From Lama glama (lineage: Eukaryota), in contig CM052832.1 in assembly GCA_028534125.1 (NCBI GenBank), positions 19,160,001 to 19,224,000 of the forward strand: a DNA stretch of 64,000 nt, given 5' to 3'. Positions 62,252 through 64,000 of the stretch are shown here, in pieces. The stretch's first letter is position 1. Every line of letters starts with the position of its first letter. Below the pieces are notes generated by a model. That model was not told the DNA's origin and searched no databases. It saw only the letters and a program-made list of their open reading frames with translations. The position numbers were made by a program, and so were the translations under genes.

Positions 62252-64000
62252 GTAACTTTAAAAAATACTACGGGAAAAAATGTACTGAAGAAAACACTGT
62301 AAAATATAGTAGTGACAACTTTTAAAGTTTACTCATCCCCTCCAGGCAAATTGTTGAGCATCATTCATGTACCAGAAACATGCTAGGCACTGGGAATAAA
62401 AAGATGAACAGATACTGTCTTTTCCGTCCATGACTCTATAGTCTAGGGAATGAGACTGACAATAAATAGCTGGTTGGATACAATATGGTAAGTGCTGTGA
62501 GAGGCTGCTACGGGAGCAGAGAAGGGGCACGCTGCCTGACCCACTCAGAAGGGCCATGGAAGCCTTTCCAGAGGCGATGACGCTAGGATAGATGAACCAG
62601 CTAAAATGGGGCTGGCACGTTGTTCAGGTCACAGGCGCTACATGTGTAATAACAATAATGATAATTGTATTTATTGAGCACTCACCCAGTGCCGGGCACC
62701 ACACTTGGCATTTCCCACGCATCATTTCATTCATTGCCTCTGAGAAGGAACAGAGGTACAAGAGCTCACGTGGCATATTGGGAAGAACTCTAAGGAGTTC
62801 TGTGTAGCTGCAACTTACAGGAATGGAGTGGGAATGGCCAGATGAGTCTGGAGTGGTGAGTGGGGCAAGATTTTGAAGGATCCTGTGTTCTATGCTAAGG
62901 GATTTGTGCATTACTGGATGAGTAGAGTGAGTCCCTGAGAAATTTTAAGCAGGAAAGTGAAATGATCAAATTGACGTCAAGAACATTATATATATGGAGT
63001 TGACTGGAGGCAAGAGGATCCATTAAAGAAAAACCAGAGTGAGTGGTTGCAGGGATGGAGAGAAGGAACCAGATTCAAGAGAGATTGAAAGGGTAGAACC
63101 ACTAGAAGTTGATAAGTGGTTGAAGGTCAGGATGAAGGTGAAAGGACTCTAAGATGTATGAACACATGGAACTGAAAGTTAGATGAGGAGTTGGGCTGAA
63201 GATAAAGGACAAGGGGTCATCAGGGCAGCAGTGATAGTTGACAGCCATGCAGGGAGAGTGGTGGGGTAAGCCTGGCAGAGCCCTGAGGGCTGGACCTTTC
63301 AAGCTGTCATTATATCAGGGGCTGGGAGAGCAGAAGTAGCCTACAGAGCTGACAGAGTGCTGTTGGCAGAGAGGTAGGAGAGAAGGAGGAGGGCGTGGGC
63401 TGAGGGAATGAGAGAGGAGAGAGCTCTATGTCGGAAGAAGTGATGAAGGGGCCATGTGTCACAGAGGTCATGGTGAGGACTGAAGAGTTCCCATTAGGTT
63501 TACTACTAAAGGAGTTACTAGAGACTTTTGTCATGTTTCCTGAGCCTTTCTGTGGGTGATGGACTTTGAGGATTACCCTCTCTTCCTTGGCTGTTTACTT
63601 TTGATCCTAAGCTTCAGTAGCGAGGAGGATAATGATGGAGGAGAAGCTGTGTATATTGAAAGGGAAACTGGCCTGGGAATTAGAATCCTTGGGTCCTGAT
63701 AGTACCTATTACATAAAGTAGTTAGAGGATGAAATGAACTGATCATTTTAAAGCCCTTGGAACAGTGTCTGGCTTAGTTTAATCTGGTATGTAAATTAGT
63801 TGTTGAAATAAATACATTTAAATTAGTTAAAATTGGTGGGCGGATTACTAATGATCCACATAGCCTCGAGCAACTTCCATTGCTTTTCTCAGGCTCCATT
63901 TCTTCATCTGTAAAATGATGGGTTTGGACCAATGTCCCTTCCAGGTCCTCAGTGTTCTTGCAAGGAGTCAGTGCAAGTGACAGGAAGAGAAGCCAGAGAA

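Overview
Mammalian genomic DNA syntenic with the human 6p22 DYX2 region. It holds four protein-coding genes. C6orf62 (+) has 5 coding exons, 1433-11337, 229 aa, complete. ACOT13/THEM2 (-) has 3 coding exons, 24523-15033, 140 aa, complete. TDP2 (+) has 7 coding exons, 24943-33420, 366 aa, complete, and is head-to-head with ACOT13 on a shared CpG island. KIAA0319 (+) is partial: a CpG-island first exon near 36.8 kb and coding exons at 53449, 57326 and 62059, continuing past the window. Exon boundaries were read by hand, and the GT-AG sites and phases are consistent. Nine copies of a tRNA-Ala(AGC)-derived SINE suggest a camelid (vic-1-like; inference). Introns carry L1 3' ends, L2/MIR, DNA-transposon MITEs and solo LTR-like elements. 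I found no convincing new biological system. The most notable oddities are a Gly17 GGN expansion in KIAA0319, an Asp->Cys change in the TDP2 EEP motif, a stop-free in-frame TDP2 intron 1, a uORF cluster upstream of C6orf62, an open frame upstream of ACOT13, and a probable 23-bp templated insertion. Comparisons with human sequences and repeat-family names are from memory and need database confirmation.
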